Shown one piece after another: positions 50,494 through 60,015 of a stretch of DNA of 64,000 bases. The DNA is from an uncultured delta proteobacterium (lineage in GTDB: Bacteria; Desulfobacterota; Binatia; UBA9968). The position numbers and the translations under genes are program-made. Numbering within the stretch: position 1 is the stretch's first letter; each line of letters starts with the position of its first letter. The stretch lies in contig CAVUZH010000013.1 in NCBI GenBank assembly GCA_963745835.1, positions 512,001-576,000 of the forward strand, in the 5' to 3' direction. Below the pieces are notes generated by a model. It was not told the origin of the DNA. It did not search any database and saw only the letters and a program-made list of their open reading frames with translations.

Positions 50494-51330
50494 ATGTCGA
50501 TCTTTAAGACCACCGGTCTTGTCGCCGGCCATTACGAGTGCCGCTCCCTGGCGGAAACTCTGCCGGTCTTCACCGATCTATTGGCCATGGAGGTCGTCGA
50601 GCGGACGGCGAGCATAGCCATACTCAAGCACCCCAACACGGAGTGGCGCCTGATCGTACATGAAGGGGGACCCGACGCGCCGGAAAAGAGTTTCGACAAT
50701 CACTACGGCTTCCGCGTCGCCCACCATGGGGAGGTGGAAGCAGCCTGGAAACACCTCGAAGCCAACAAAGAGAAATACGGCCTCAGCAAGATCACTAAGC
50801 CGCAGAGCGCGCATTTCGCTTACTCGATCTACTTTCGCGAGCCCGGCGGCAACCACTTGGAAATCGAATATTACAATCCCGGCGGCGCGCAGCATGGCCG
50901 CGCCCACACCGCCGGCCATTGGAACAAGCCGCTCGCCGACGAGCGATTGTCCCAGCGCGGCTACCTGCCGCAAGCGTTCACTCACGGCACGCTGCAGTGC
51001 GACGACATCGAGCGCAGCCGGCAATTTTACACCGAGGTTCTCGGACTCGAGATCCTGGCGGGATTCAACAACGCCCAGTATATCAAGCACGCGGCGGCGC
51101 CCTGGTACATCGTCGTCTTGAAACGCAGCCCGCGGCAATATCTCGCGCCGGTAAACCGCTTCACTCTGCAAATGGATTCAGCCGCAGCAGTCGAGCAAGC
51201 GCACCGCGAATTCTCGATCAACGGCGCGACCGCCGGCATTACAGAACTCGGCAAGCTCGACGCCATTGACGGCAAAACCAGTTTTATCTTCAGCGACCCG
51301 GATAGGAACTGGTGGGAGCTAAACGCCTAA
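50494..51330 (+). CDS. VOC family protein, two domains
   Basis: HYGFRV, YFREPGGNHLEIE, THGTLQC, FSDPDRNWWEL; AGGAG RBS. Confidence 0.85.
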   Translation: MSIFKTTGLVAGHYECRSLAETLPVFTDLLAMEVVERTASIAILKHPNTEWRLIVHEGGPDAPEKSFDNHYGFRVAHHGEVEAAWKHLEANKEKYGLSKITKPQSAHFAYSIYFREPGGNHLEIEYYNPGGAQHGRAHTAGHWNKPLADERLSQRGYLPQAFTHGTLQCDDIERSRQFYTEVLGLEILAGFNNAQYIKHAAAPWYIVVLKRSPRQYLAPVNRFTLQMDSAAAVEQAHREFSINGATAGITELGKLDAIDGKTSFIFSDPDRNWWELNA

Positions 51331-52413
51331 TGAAAAACAAACACGGACTGCAAACCATCGTGTTTACTGTCTTTCTTCTGCTCGCGTGGTGGATCGTTTT
51401 GGCCCCCACGGCATTGGCCCAGACGCCATTCTATGAAGGAAAGAATCTTCTTCTTGTGAGCGGCACTGACGCGGGCGGTGCCGGCGATCTGCGCACGCGC
51501 GCAGTGATTCCGGTCTTGAAAAAACATATTCCCGGCCACCCCAGCCATCGTTATGCAGTACATGCCCGGCGCGGGCGGACGTAAGGCGGCCAATCACATG
51601 TACAAATCGGTTCGGCCTGATGGTTTGACGGTCGGCGCCATGATCACCGGCATGGTGCAGGGCACGATTTTCGGCGAACAAGACGTACTTTATGATCTCG
51701 ACAAGTTCATTTATCTCGGCTCCCATGCCCGCTATGCGCCCTATGCCTTTGTGACGCACAAGGCCGCGGGCTTCAACAGCCGGGAAACTTTGAGCGCGAC
51801 CCGCGGCGTGCGCATCGGCGCGCCGTCTGTCGGCCACAGCCTCTACACCATGGCCCGGCTGTTCGCCTACATGCTGGACATGAAAGAGCCGCGTTTGGTC
51901 ACCGGCTATACACCGCGGGAAATCGACTTTGCTTTAGAAAGGAACGAAATCGATGCGCGGGTGAGTATCCTGGACAGTTTGCTGACGCGCAATGCCCATT
52001 GGTTAGATAAAGATCTGGTGCATGTCCACGCGACCATGGATATCCCCAAGGGCTTCAAACACCCCGACCGCAGGCTCGCCAAACTCCCCGAGATCGAGGG
52101 TTTCGCCCGCTCAAACCAAGAACGCCGTCTCATCCAGCTTTTTCGCGGGGCGCGCGATACCGGTCAGCCTTTTGTGCTGCCGCCGGGCACGCCGGCGGAG
52201 CACGTTAAAATATTGCGGGAAGCCATGCGCAGAGTCTTCGCCGATCCGGAGTACAGCAAAGCCTACGAGAAACTCACTTCGGAGCCCGCTATGACGGTAA
52301 CCTGGGAGGAGTTCGAAACACAGCTGCGCGAGTTGCCGCGGGAAGCCGAGACCATCGATCTCTTCAAGCGGCTTTCCGGCCCGGCACCGCTGCCGGCCCG
52401 GCCGTCCCGGTAA
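51330..52413 (+). pseudogene. TctC/Bug-like tripartite tricarboxylate transporter binding protein, frameshifted
   Basis: Signal peptide and FYEGK...AGG.GD...KHIPGHP in one frame; MPGAGG..AAN.MY...PDGLT and LPPGTP in the next; shift near 51540. Confidence 0.8.
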
Positions 52414-52447
52414 CCACGCGCCGTTTACAACAAGAGTACTCTGATTC

Positions 52448-52645
52448 CGACCGCCGAGTGGTTCTATGCTCTCTAGCGCGAGCAGTTGAACCCCGATCTC
52501 GCGGTACCGGACTCGGCCGTCGAAGAATGGATTTCCGTGGGAACGTTTAGAGCAAAAGAAGATCACCGCCAAGCCGCAACAGGTCGTCGACTGGAAGTTT
52601 GCCGAAAGAGCCCGACGCTGATCAGTGAAATTAAAGAACTGCCCC
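52448..52645 (+). repeat. SBP-gene-derived repeat copy C3
   Basis: Collinear with 59815-60015 and 54698-54895. Confidence 0.9.
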
Positions 52646-52744
52646 CGAACGGACTTCGCACGATGATCGGTGTCGTGTAACAGATCGGCGGGCTTTTGGA
52701 CCGGGATTTATATCACGGCCTGGGTCCTCGCCTAGGGGTATTAC

Positions 52745-53179
52745 TCACTCTTTCCGCACCGTAATTTCGTAGTCGCCACGGGTCTTGGATGCAAGCACTG
52801 AGACCATTATGTAGTACAGCTCGCCAGGACGGCTCTCAAAAGCAAGGGTGAGAGGTTGGTCCTCAGGATTTATGCCCGGGAGCAGGGTCACGCCCTCGCG
52901 CACCTGAGCAACCCTCTTCTCATTCTGATCATAAACGTCCACTGCCCCTTGAAAGCCGGCTTTAGAGCGCTTGCGTACAATAACCCGTGTTTTGGGGCTG
53001 GACGCGGTGAATTGGAAGAAATGCCGCTCTTGGCCCGGCACGAGCGAACCGCTCAGCGTTGCCCCTTCAGCGATTGGTTTTGCAGTAGTAATGCTCGTGT
53101 TAGAACCTGGCAGCGCTGGTGAGTCTGCGGCGGGGGACTGCGCCGGGCTCATGGAGCCAATAAGCGCCCCATTCAGCAT
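52745..53179 (-). CDS. Stand-alone PPC-like beta-domain protein, paralog of the TIR protein ectodomain
   Basis: 52745-53099 vs 53385-53739: about 27 mismatches in 355 bp (hand count), both frames open; true start may lie upstream. Confidence 0.65.
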   Translation of the reverse strand: MLNGALIGSMSPAQSPAADSPALPGSNTSITTAKPIAEGATLSGSLVPGQERHFFQFTASSPKTRVIVRKRSKAGFQGAVDVYDQNEKRVAQVREGVTLLPGINPEDQPLTLAFESRPGELYYIMVSVLASKTRGDYEITVRKE

Positions 53180-53384
53180 CGCAATGGCCCAGACACATCG
53201 TCGAACACGTTGGGTGACATCCGTATAGCTAGGCGTATGTACCTCCGATCGACAATTTGTGGGTAATGCTAATCCACGTCATGCTATTGCAAGAACGCCC
53301 TACACGAACAGCGTTTTTCTTCAGAGCGTTACAAAGTTGCGCTTACCAGCCAGCTTTCAATGCATAGGACTACCTCATTATCAC

Positions 53385-54515
53385 TTACTCTTCCCGCACC
53401 GTAATTTCGTAATCGCCACGTGTCTTGGACGCAAGCACTGAGACCATTATGTAGTACAGCTCGCCAGGACGGCTCTCAAAAGCAACGGTGAGAGGTTGGT
53501 CCTGAGGACTTATGCCCGAAAGCAGGGACACGCCCTCCCGCGCCTGAGCAACCCTCTTCTCATTCTGATCATAAACGTCCACCGCTCCTTGAAAGCCGTC
53601 TTTAGAGCGCTTGCGTACAATAACCTTTATTTTGGGGCGCGCCGCGGTGAATTGGAAGAAATGTCGCTCTTGGCCTGGCACGAGCGAATCGCTCAGCGTT
53701 GTCCCTTCAGCGATTGGTTTTGCAGTAGTAATGCTTGTGCCTGACTCGGAAGAGGGAGCACGACGAAACATAAAGAATACGAAGGCTGAAACCAAAACAA
53801 TGGTAATAATACTTCCACCAACCCATAAACGAGTTTTTGAGAAGGAGAGGCTAGGAGAAGGACCTGGCGAGTCGTGATGCGTTGTAGTATGAGCGCCTTG
53901 GTCGCGTCGCTTTTGCCGCTCTGGCTGTTGCGCTCTTGCTGCTTCCTCCTGTGCGCGACTTTTTTCTTCTTCGATGCGCCTTCGGATCTCGTCGTCCGGT
54001 TTCAATCTGGTCGCTTCCTCAGCCCGCTGTCGTTCCTGTTGGCGGAGACGCTCTTCGTCTACCTTGCGGCGCTCTTCGGCTTCCCCAAGGCGTTGCTCTT
54101 CTGCTACGGTCGCCCCCGTAGAGCTCAGTCTAAGAATCGTATAGATGTCCTCGACAAGCCTTCGAAACTCTGAGAAGTCTTTTGAGCCATCCCAATTAAA
54201 CAAACTTGGTGTATGAAGTTCTTCAAATCTAAAAGGTAGTTCCACTTGTTGGATCGTAACGGGGACGAGCTTCTTGCGTTTCAATGCATGCGTTGCCTCG
54301 TCTTTTACGTATAGCGACTGCACGGAACGTTTGGACCACAACACAATGACGCACTTCGCTTCGTTTAATGCCTTCTCAATCACGTCATTAAACCGTTCAC
54401 CTGCCCGGAGCTTCGGGTCCCACCAGACAGTCCAGCCTTCACTTTCAAGTGCATTTGCAAGTTGTCTTGCTGTGGCTTGATCTTCTCGGTTATAGCTGAT
54501 GAATATGTCGCTCAT
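53385..54515 (-). CDS. TIR domain - coiled coil - TM - PPC-like ectodomain protein
   Basis: DIFISY.RED, VWWD..L..G, CVIVLWS..SV.S.YV.DEA (catalytic Glu position); E/R/Q-rich linker; TM LWVGGSIITIVLVSAFVFFMF; beta-rich C-domain ending GDYEITV. Confidence 0.85.
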   Translation of the reverse strand: MSDIFISYNREDQATARQLANALESEGWTVWWDPKLRAGERFNDVIEKALNEAKCVIVLWSKRSVQSLYVKDEATHALKRKKLVPVTIQQVELPFRFEELHTPSLFNWDGSKDFSEFRRLVEDIYTILRLSSTGATVAEEQRLGEAEERRKVDEERLRQQERQRAEEATRLKPDDEIRRRIEEEKSRAQEEAARAQQPERQKRRDQGAHTTTHHDSPGPSPSLSFSKTRLWVGGSIITIVLVSAFVFFMFRRAPSSESGTSITTAKPIAEGTTLSDSLVPGQERHFFQFTAARPKIKVIVRKRSKDGFQGAVDVYDQNEKRVAQAREGVSLLSGISPQDQPLTVAFESRPGELYYIMVSVLASKTRGDYEITVREE

Positions 54516-54678
54516 TGACGGTACACAGGATTGAGAACAAAAACGCCAAAGACTCGTAGGGTGGTTAATATGGTGGGCTGTCCCGGCGTGTCTGCCGATT
54601 TCCCGTCTTATACTTCGCCGAGAGAGAAAAAATCAACGAGTAAGGCGTCTCCCTAAAACCGATCACGCAGATCGACAA

Positions 54679-54895
54679 TGGAAAAACTCTTGAAGCTCGA
54701 CCGCCGAGCGGTTCTATGCTCTCTACCGCGAGCAATTTAACCTCGATGTCACGGTACCCGACTCCGTCGTCGACGAATGGATTGCGGTGGGAACGTTTAG
54801 AGCAAAAGAAAAAATCACCGCCAGGCGCAACAGGCCGTCGATTGGACGTTGCCGAAAAAGCGCGCCGCTGATCATCAAAGTAAAGAACCGGCCCC
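54679..54895 (+). repeat. SBP-gene-derived repeat copy C4
   Basis: Collinear with 59797-60015; shares an 8-nt deletion with C3. Confidence 0.9.
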
Positions 54896-55005
54896 GAGGC
54901 ACAACGTCACAAAGCAACTTGACCCGAAGCAGTCGCTCTTAGGCTTTGTGATACCACTTATGATCGACAATAGGTCAATGACTCATGCCCGACCCCTGCC
55001 ACTGA

Positions 55006-56073
55006 TTAGCCTTTGCGGCCGATTTCTCGGAGCAGCTTCTCCCATTGTTCCATCGATTGTTCGTACTGGGCCATCGACATGCCCGCTTCGGGGTACCAAA
55101 GTTTGTAGGGCGTAGGCTTCAGAGGACCGCCATAGTTCAGGTCGCCGAGGATCTTTGCCCCTTCCGGGCTGAGAAGAAAATCGGCCATCAGCACCGCGGC
55201 ATGCGGCCGCGCCGCCTGCGCCGTGATCGCTACGCCGCCGGTGTTGGTCGGCACGACATCCATCGGTACCCAATCCACCGGCGCTCCTTTGCCTTTCACC
55301 TCGATGGCATGGTCGCGGAAGATCGTCGGCGCCAAGGGAACTTCACCGGAAACCACCAGGTCCGCCATCGCTCGACCGGATACGGAGTGCAGAACTACCT
55401 CCTGCGCCTTGAGTTTCTTCACGAACTCTTCACCTTTAAGCTTGAGCATCGCGCCGATCGCTCTCACTCCGGTTTCGTTGGAAACGAAGCCGATTTTCCC
55501 CTTGAGCTCGGGTTTCAAAAGATCGTCGTACTTTTTTGGTACGGCGGACGTCGGGATAAGCGTCGTGTTGTAGCCGACGCCGCTGTATGTCTCGCGATCG
55601 ACCGCCCAGTAGACGAGTCCTCGGCCGGCGTCTTCTTTTGTGTTGGCAGGATATTTTTTCAAATGGGGCGAGGTGTAGGCGGCAAGCAGTTTATTTTCGC
55701 GCAGATAAGTCAGCGGCGGCACCGTCGTTTCCAAAACGTCGACGAGGATCTGCTTGGCCTGGGCCTCGGCCGTGATCCGGGTCATGATATCGGTGCTCGT
55801 ACCCCGATAGGTCTCGACTTTGATCCCCGGATACTTTGCTTCGAAGCCGTTGGCGAGATCTTTGTATGAGCTCCCCGCCAGCGAGGTGTACCAAACGACC
55901 TTGCCTTCAGCTCTGGCGCCCGCGACAAGCCGCTGCTCGCGATCGGCGCCGGCGTAAGCCGCGAGCTCGGCCGTGGAGACCGGTTTCTTGCTTTGTGCCC
56001 ACGCGCCGGCAATCCACTGATGCGTGAACAAAAAAACTGCAATGGACAATATTTTCAGTCGGGTAAATCCCAT
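55006..56073 (-). CDS. ABC transporter substrate-binding protein (Fe3+/AfuA-like)
   Basis: Signal peptide; GARAEGKVVWYTSL, GYNT...P..YDDLL.P.LKG, GAPVDW. Confidence 0.85.
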   Translation of the reverse strand: MGFTRLKILSIAVFLFTHQWIAGAWAQSKKPVSTAELAAYAGADREQRLVAGARAEGKVVWYTSLAGSSYKDLANGFEAKYPGIKVETYRGTSTDIMTRITAEAQAKQILVDVLETTVPPLTYLRENKLLAAYTSPHLKKYPANTKEDAGRGLVYWAVDRETYSGVGYNTTLIPTSAVPKKYDDLLKPELKGKIGFVSNETGVRAIGAMLKLKGEEFVKKLKAQEVVLHSVSGRAMADLVVSGEVPLAPTIFRDHAIEVKGKGAPVDWVPMDVVPTNTGGVAITAQAARPHAAVLMADFLLSPEGAKILGDLNYGGPLKPTPYKLWYPEAGMSMAQYEQSMEQWEKLLREIGRKG

Positions 56074-56214
56074 AACCCCCCCCGGGGGTAGCCGATGGAC
56101 GAGGCGAGCGGCAAATCTTTGGCCGTTCGCGGTTAAAAATCTTCGAATAGCATAAGCGTCAGATGCAGGTCAACGCGACCGGCGTTTGTTCGATCACTGA
56201 GCGCTAACGACTGG

Positions 56215-56245
56215 GTTGACACAGTCAACGAAACTCATTTAGAGT
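56215..56245 (+). promoter_or_regulatory. Candidate sigma-70 promoter with palindromic operator
   Basis: TTGACA-18 nt-TAGAGT; GTTGAC-aca-GTCAAC palindrome overlaps the -35. Confidence 0.5.
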
Positions 56246-56278
56246 CGATCATGTTTAGATTACAATCGAGGAGGTCGT

Positions 56279-57142
56279 ATGATCGTCGAGAACCATGCCA
56301 AGGGACAAATCTCGTGGCCCAATAAAAATCGAGTTGCGGTCGCCATCACTTTCGATTTTCAGGGTGGCGAGCCGGTGCGGCCGGGACCGAACGGAAAGTT
56401 GAACAACGAGGATTACGCGGAAGGGGAATATGGACCCAAGACGGGCATATGGCGGATCCTAAGCATGCTCGACGAAGTCAACGTCAAGACCACGTTTCTG
56501 ACGTGCGGCGGGATCGCGGAAAGATACCCCGACGCGATGAAAGCGATCGTCGAGCGCGGACATGAGGTCGCGGGACACGGCTACCACCATGAAATTGCGC
56601 GCGACCTGACGCGACAAGAAGAAAAGGATTGCATCCGGCGGACCACGGACATGCTCATGAAGCGAACCGGAAAGCCTCCGATCGGTTGGCGGACATGCAC
56701 GCAAAGTAACGATACGGTAGAACTGCTGATGGAAGAAGGATACGTGTGGAACAGCAATTCGTTCGCGGACGATCTCCCGTTCGTGTGGGAAAACGGCGAG
56801 TCGCGGCTGGTCGAGCTGCCGCGCCAGCCGTTTGGCGACGGCCGGCTCTATGGACATCAGAACCGGGCCGGCGATCATCCGGACAATGCCTTGCGCTTGT
56901 GGCAACGCTTCTTTAACGACCTTTACGCCGAATCGGCGACCGCACCGATGTTCACGACCTTCCAACTGCATCCGTATGTGTCGAGCCGGCTCGGTAGAAC
57001 CAGCGCGCTCAAAGAAATGATCGAATACATGAAGGGCCACGAAGGCGTGTGGTTCGCCAGCGGCATAGAGATCGCCGAATGGTGGCTCGAGCAAAACTTT
57101 TCAGAGAAACCCGCGCCGCTGCGCATCGCCGCGGTTTCCTAA
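56279..57142 (+). CDS. Polysaccharide deacetylase family protein (PuuE-like)
   Basis: WP...RVAV..TFD, EYG.KTGIWRIL, HEVAGHGY.H, GWR, LHP; GAGGAGG RBS. Confidence 0.85.
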   Translation: MIVENHAKGQISWPNKNRVAVAITFDFQGGEPVRPGPNGKLNNEDYAEGEYGPKTGIWRILSMLDEVNVKTTFLTCGGIAERYPDAMKAIVERGHEVAGHGYHHEIARDLTRQEEKDCIRRTTDMLMKRTGKPPIGWRTCTQSNDTVELLMEEGYVWNSNSFADDLPFVWENGESRLVELPRQPFGDGRLYGHQNRAGDHPDNALRLWQRFFNDLYAESATAPMFTTFQLHPYVSSRLGRTSALKEMIEYMKGHEGVWFASGIEIAEWWLEQNFSEKPAPLRIAAVS

Positions 57143-57157
57143 TTAGAACACCCCATC

Positions 57158-57203
57158 CGCGGATGCCGAGCTGAAATTTCTCTGCGTCAAGTCGGCATCC
57201 GCG
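57158..57203. terminator. Stem-loop downstream of the deacetylase gene
   Basis: cgcggatgccga...tcggcatccgcg perfect 12-bp stem; no U-tract. Confidence 0.45.
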
Positions 57204-57467
57204 TGGTCCCATCTCACCCCTCGCCCTCTCGCGGAAATGTCTTTTCCGCCGACCGCTGAATCTGAAATGTCACAGACGTGACTCCTAAGGCCGTTCCGTT
57301 ATGAGACAGCGCCGAGTTCTAATCAGCGTCGTAACCGACGACGCCACCCGCCCAGCGGTTCTGCCGATCATAGCTTGGCAGCCGCTGAGCGAAAGAACAG
57401 CATCAGGACGAAAGTCTGGAACTGTCATACTTTTACTTTGAGCTCCATTAGCCAGGTAGAGCCGTCG

Positions 57468-57914
57468 TTAGCTGGCTTTTCGTACTTCTTTGTTTTTAGC
57501 CGCTTCAAGCTCGCGACCTAACTGATCAAGAGCCTCAGCATTCATGAGTTTTCGTATCTTGGGAAACATTTTTCCCTCTTCCTCTTCTTCCGCATGATGC
57601 TCTACGTTTTCCATTAACACTTTCAGTTTAGGTTCAAACTTCTCGCTATCTGCGGTCAGATTTTCCATCTCTCGGAGGAGAGTCTTTACCTGCTTGTGCT
57701 CCTCGAGAGATTCAAGCACCATATCTTTTAACTCTTCGTTTTTTGCTACGGCCGGATAGAAAACCGTCTCCTCAATATGCGTATGAGTTTCTAGTTCCGT
57801 TTTAATCTTTTCAAAAAGTTGCAACTGCTGTTTCTTGTTTTCGCTTCCTTCTGCCTTTTCGAATAGTTCTTTCACCGTCTTATGGTCTGTCTTAAGAAGT
57901 TCTAAAGCATCCAT
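57468..57914 (-). CDS. Hemerythrin/HHE cation-binding domain protein
   Basis: MDALELLKTDH, HTHIEE.VFYP, EEH, H..EEE..MFP; GGAGG RBS. Confidence 0.9.
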   Translation of the reverse strand: MDALELLKTDHKTVKELFEKAEGSENKKQQLQLFEKIKTELETHTHIEETVFYPAVAKNEELKDMVLESLEEHKQVKTLLREMENLTADSEKFEPKLKVLMENVEHHAEEEEEGKMFPKIRKLMNAEALDQLGRELEAAKNKEVRKAS

Positions 57915-57972
57915 TTACTTTCCTCCAAAAAAAGGTCGTTATTAATATTAGATACGAACTAAGTCCTAAAGG

Positions 57973-58004
57973 TGCGAGTCCGCCCATCTAGCTGCGGACT
58001 CGCA
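57973..58004 (-). terminator. Hairpin (probable terminator) after the stress membrane protein gene
   Basis: tgcgagtccgc...gcggactcgca 11-bp stem. Confidence 0.55.
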
Positions 58005-58015
58005 ACAAAGCCCGC

Positions 58016-58555
58016 CTAAACGCGGCTTTCTTCCTGCTTGGGAACGCCTTTCTCTTCGCTGTACGAGATGTCGTGGGCGCCGGCACGTTCAAAAATATCC
58101 TTTGCGCGCTTTACTTCATCGCTATCTTCCGAGTGCACTGAAATCAGGATGTTGCCCTCTTTGATTTTTCCCTCGTATCGCTTGGCCTCATACTCAGGAA
58201 TGCCCATGCCCACGAGCGCTCCGGTTAGCCCGCCGACGGCGGCGCCTATACCCGCACCGGCCAGAGCGGCCATGATCGGTCCGGCAGCTATAAACGGGCC
58301 GACGCCAGGAATGGCCAAGGCCCCAATGCCCACCAGCCATCCCAAAGCTCCTCCTAAGACTCCCCCGGTGCCTGCTCCTGTAGCGGCCCCCTCCGGTGCC
58401 TTAGTGTGCTGTTCGTGAGCAAAATCCTTCGTTCCCGATTTGTCAGGGAACAGGACCGAGATATCATTGTTGGAAAAGCCCGCAGCCTTCAGCTCTTGGA
58501 CTATCCTTTCGGCTTGGCTTTCATTATCACTTAAACAAAAAACTGATTTTGACAT
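58016..58555 (-). CDS. General stress membrane protein (YflT/DUF3341-like glycine zipper)
   Basis: L.AAGF...DISVL, GA.TG...GG.LG.L.G.G.LAIPG.GP..AAGP, GIPEYEAKRYE. Confidence 0.8.
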   Translation of the reverse strand: MSKSVFCLSDNESQAERIVQELKAAGFSNNDISVLFPDKSGTKDFAHEQHTKAPEGAATGAGTGGVLGGALGWLVGIGALAIPGVGPFIAAGPIMAALAGAGIGAAVGGLTGALVGMGIPEYEAKRYEGKIKEGNILISVHSEDSDEVKRAKDIFERAGAHDISYSEEKGVPKQEESRV

Positions 58556-58572
58556 ACTTTTCTCCTTTAAAT

Positions 58573-58968
58573 TTAGTTTGCGATCTCCAATTGGTTATCG
58601 ACACTTTTTACACCAGCAATCTGCTGCGCTTTGGCACCGATATTAGTTTTCTCTTGCTCACTCTGCACCGGCCCACGTAGCGTCACTGTGCCATCATTCG
58701 TGATGATCTTTACGTTCTTGCCATTCGTGGAGACGGAATCGTCCGCTGTGACAGCCTGCCGGACGTTTTGTGAAATCGTCCGGTCCGCCTCACTCTCAGA
58801 TTGATCGCCCGGGGTCTTTGTCGCATCGTTACGATCTCGGACGTTACGGCCACTATTATCTGCCGCTATGTCGGCGGTTTGACTCGGCTGGTCATTCTTC
58901 GACACCTCGTTCTTGCTACACCCGACTACTAGAAACGCTAGAACAAAACCTAAAGCACTTGTTCTCAT
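58573..58968 (-). CDS. BON domain lipoprotein
   Basis: Lipobox VVGC; DN...N.RDR, NVKIIT.DG.VTLRGPV, GVKSVDNQL; AAGGAGG RBS. Confidence 0.9.
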   Translation of the reverse strand: MRTSALGFVLAFLVVGCSKNEVSKNDQPSQTADIAADNSGRNVRDRNDATKTPGDQSESEADRTISQNVRQAVTADDSVSTNGKNVKIITNDGTVTLRGPVQSEQEKTNIGAKAQQIAGVKSVDNQLEIAN

Positions 58969-59344
58969 AAAACCTCCTTCGTTTAAGATTTTTGTTTCTC
59001 CGAAATTGCTGATTTCCGAAAATCGTCCTTAGTAAAACCACTGCCTAACACCCCTCGATTTGGGAGTCTGTAGATCGAGCGGTTTGTCACTCCTTGCTGA
59101 CAACTTCTGCCCATACCTGGAAGGAGAATGGGGTGGACGCAAGTCGAAACGCTTGCGCGAATCGGCAGTATCATCTTTTCTAAGCGTCAGCGAGATTCGT
59201 CAACCCTGGTCAGGAGGGGTTGTGGTTCGAGCAGGTAGTGTAAGTCTTACGAGATGGAGTGCCTACGTGCTCCTTCCCTTTAAGCAGTTAATCCGCTTTG
59301 TCAATGGTTAGATTCGTTCTTTCTTCTTCGCCCGAGCAGATTCC

Positions 59345-60015
59345 CGTACAAATCCAGCGCTATGCGATCATCTCGCGTCCCGACATCGCCAGCGTCAAGG
59401 ATCTCAAAGGGAAAAGGCTGGCGATCAACACCTTCGGCAGCTCGGCGGATTTCGCGATCTATCAGCTGCTCAGCCGCAATGGTCTCGACCCCAACAAAGA
59501 TGTCACGCTGCTATCGATCCCCGGCAGCCCGGACGCCCGTTTCGCCGCGCTGATCGGAGGCTCGGTCGAGGCCACCGTGGTGAACAGCCCGTTCGAATAT
59601 CGCGCCGAGCAAGAAGGCTTTAAGGTATTGCTCTCGATCAAAGAGACCGCCGAGTTCGTCAAAATCCCCATCAACGGGCTGAGCACGTGCCAGCGAAAAA
59701 TTGACAGAGAGCCCGATGAATTCGTGCGCATGCTGCGGGCGCTGCGCAACGCCGATTTGTTTTTGCAAAATCAGCGCGAGATCAGTGCCGGGTTAGTGGA
59801 AAAACTCTGAAGCTCGACCGCTCAGTCGCGGAGCGGTTCTATGCTCTCTACCGCGAGCAGTTTGATCCCGATCTCACGGTACCCGACTCCGTGGTCGAAG
59901 AATGGATTTCCGTGGGAACATTTAGAGCAAAAGAAAAAATCACCGCCAAGCCGCAACAGTCATCGATTGGAGGTTTGCCGAAAAACCCCGACGCTGATCA
60001 TCAAAAGTAAAAAGC
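59345..60015 (+). pseudogene. 5'-truncated, frameshifted NitT/TauT SBP gene; longest copy (C5) of the repeat
   Basis: IASVKDLKGKRLAI..FGS..D, GLDPNKDV, RFAALIGG.V; no signal peptide; 1-nt deletions near 59807 and 59959; ancestral stop TGA 59995-59997. Confidence 0.85.

Noticed and set aside
51530-51560. Programmed frameshifting in tctC or vapC
   Set aside because: No slippery heptamer with a stimulatory structure; neighbours are also decayed, so mutation or sequencing error is simpler.
52745-53739. 355-bp near-identical pair as a DGR template/variable repeat
   Set aside because: Mismatches are not adenine-specific on either strand or copy (several are G/C swaps), and no reverse transcriptase is in the window.
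9533-55869. Long antisense/alternate-frame ORFs (e.g. 9533-10309, 32702-33538, 34865-35521, 43503-44204, 55045-55869)
   Set aside because: Shadow ORFs of well-supported genes in GC-rich DNA, with no family motifs.
46622-60015. SBP-derived repeats as integron attC sites or tRNA att sites
   Set aside because: They translate as an SBP C-terminus and lack RYYYAAC/GTTRRRY palindromic structure; no intI or tRNA is present.
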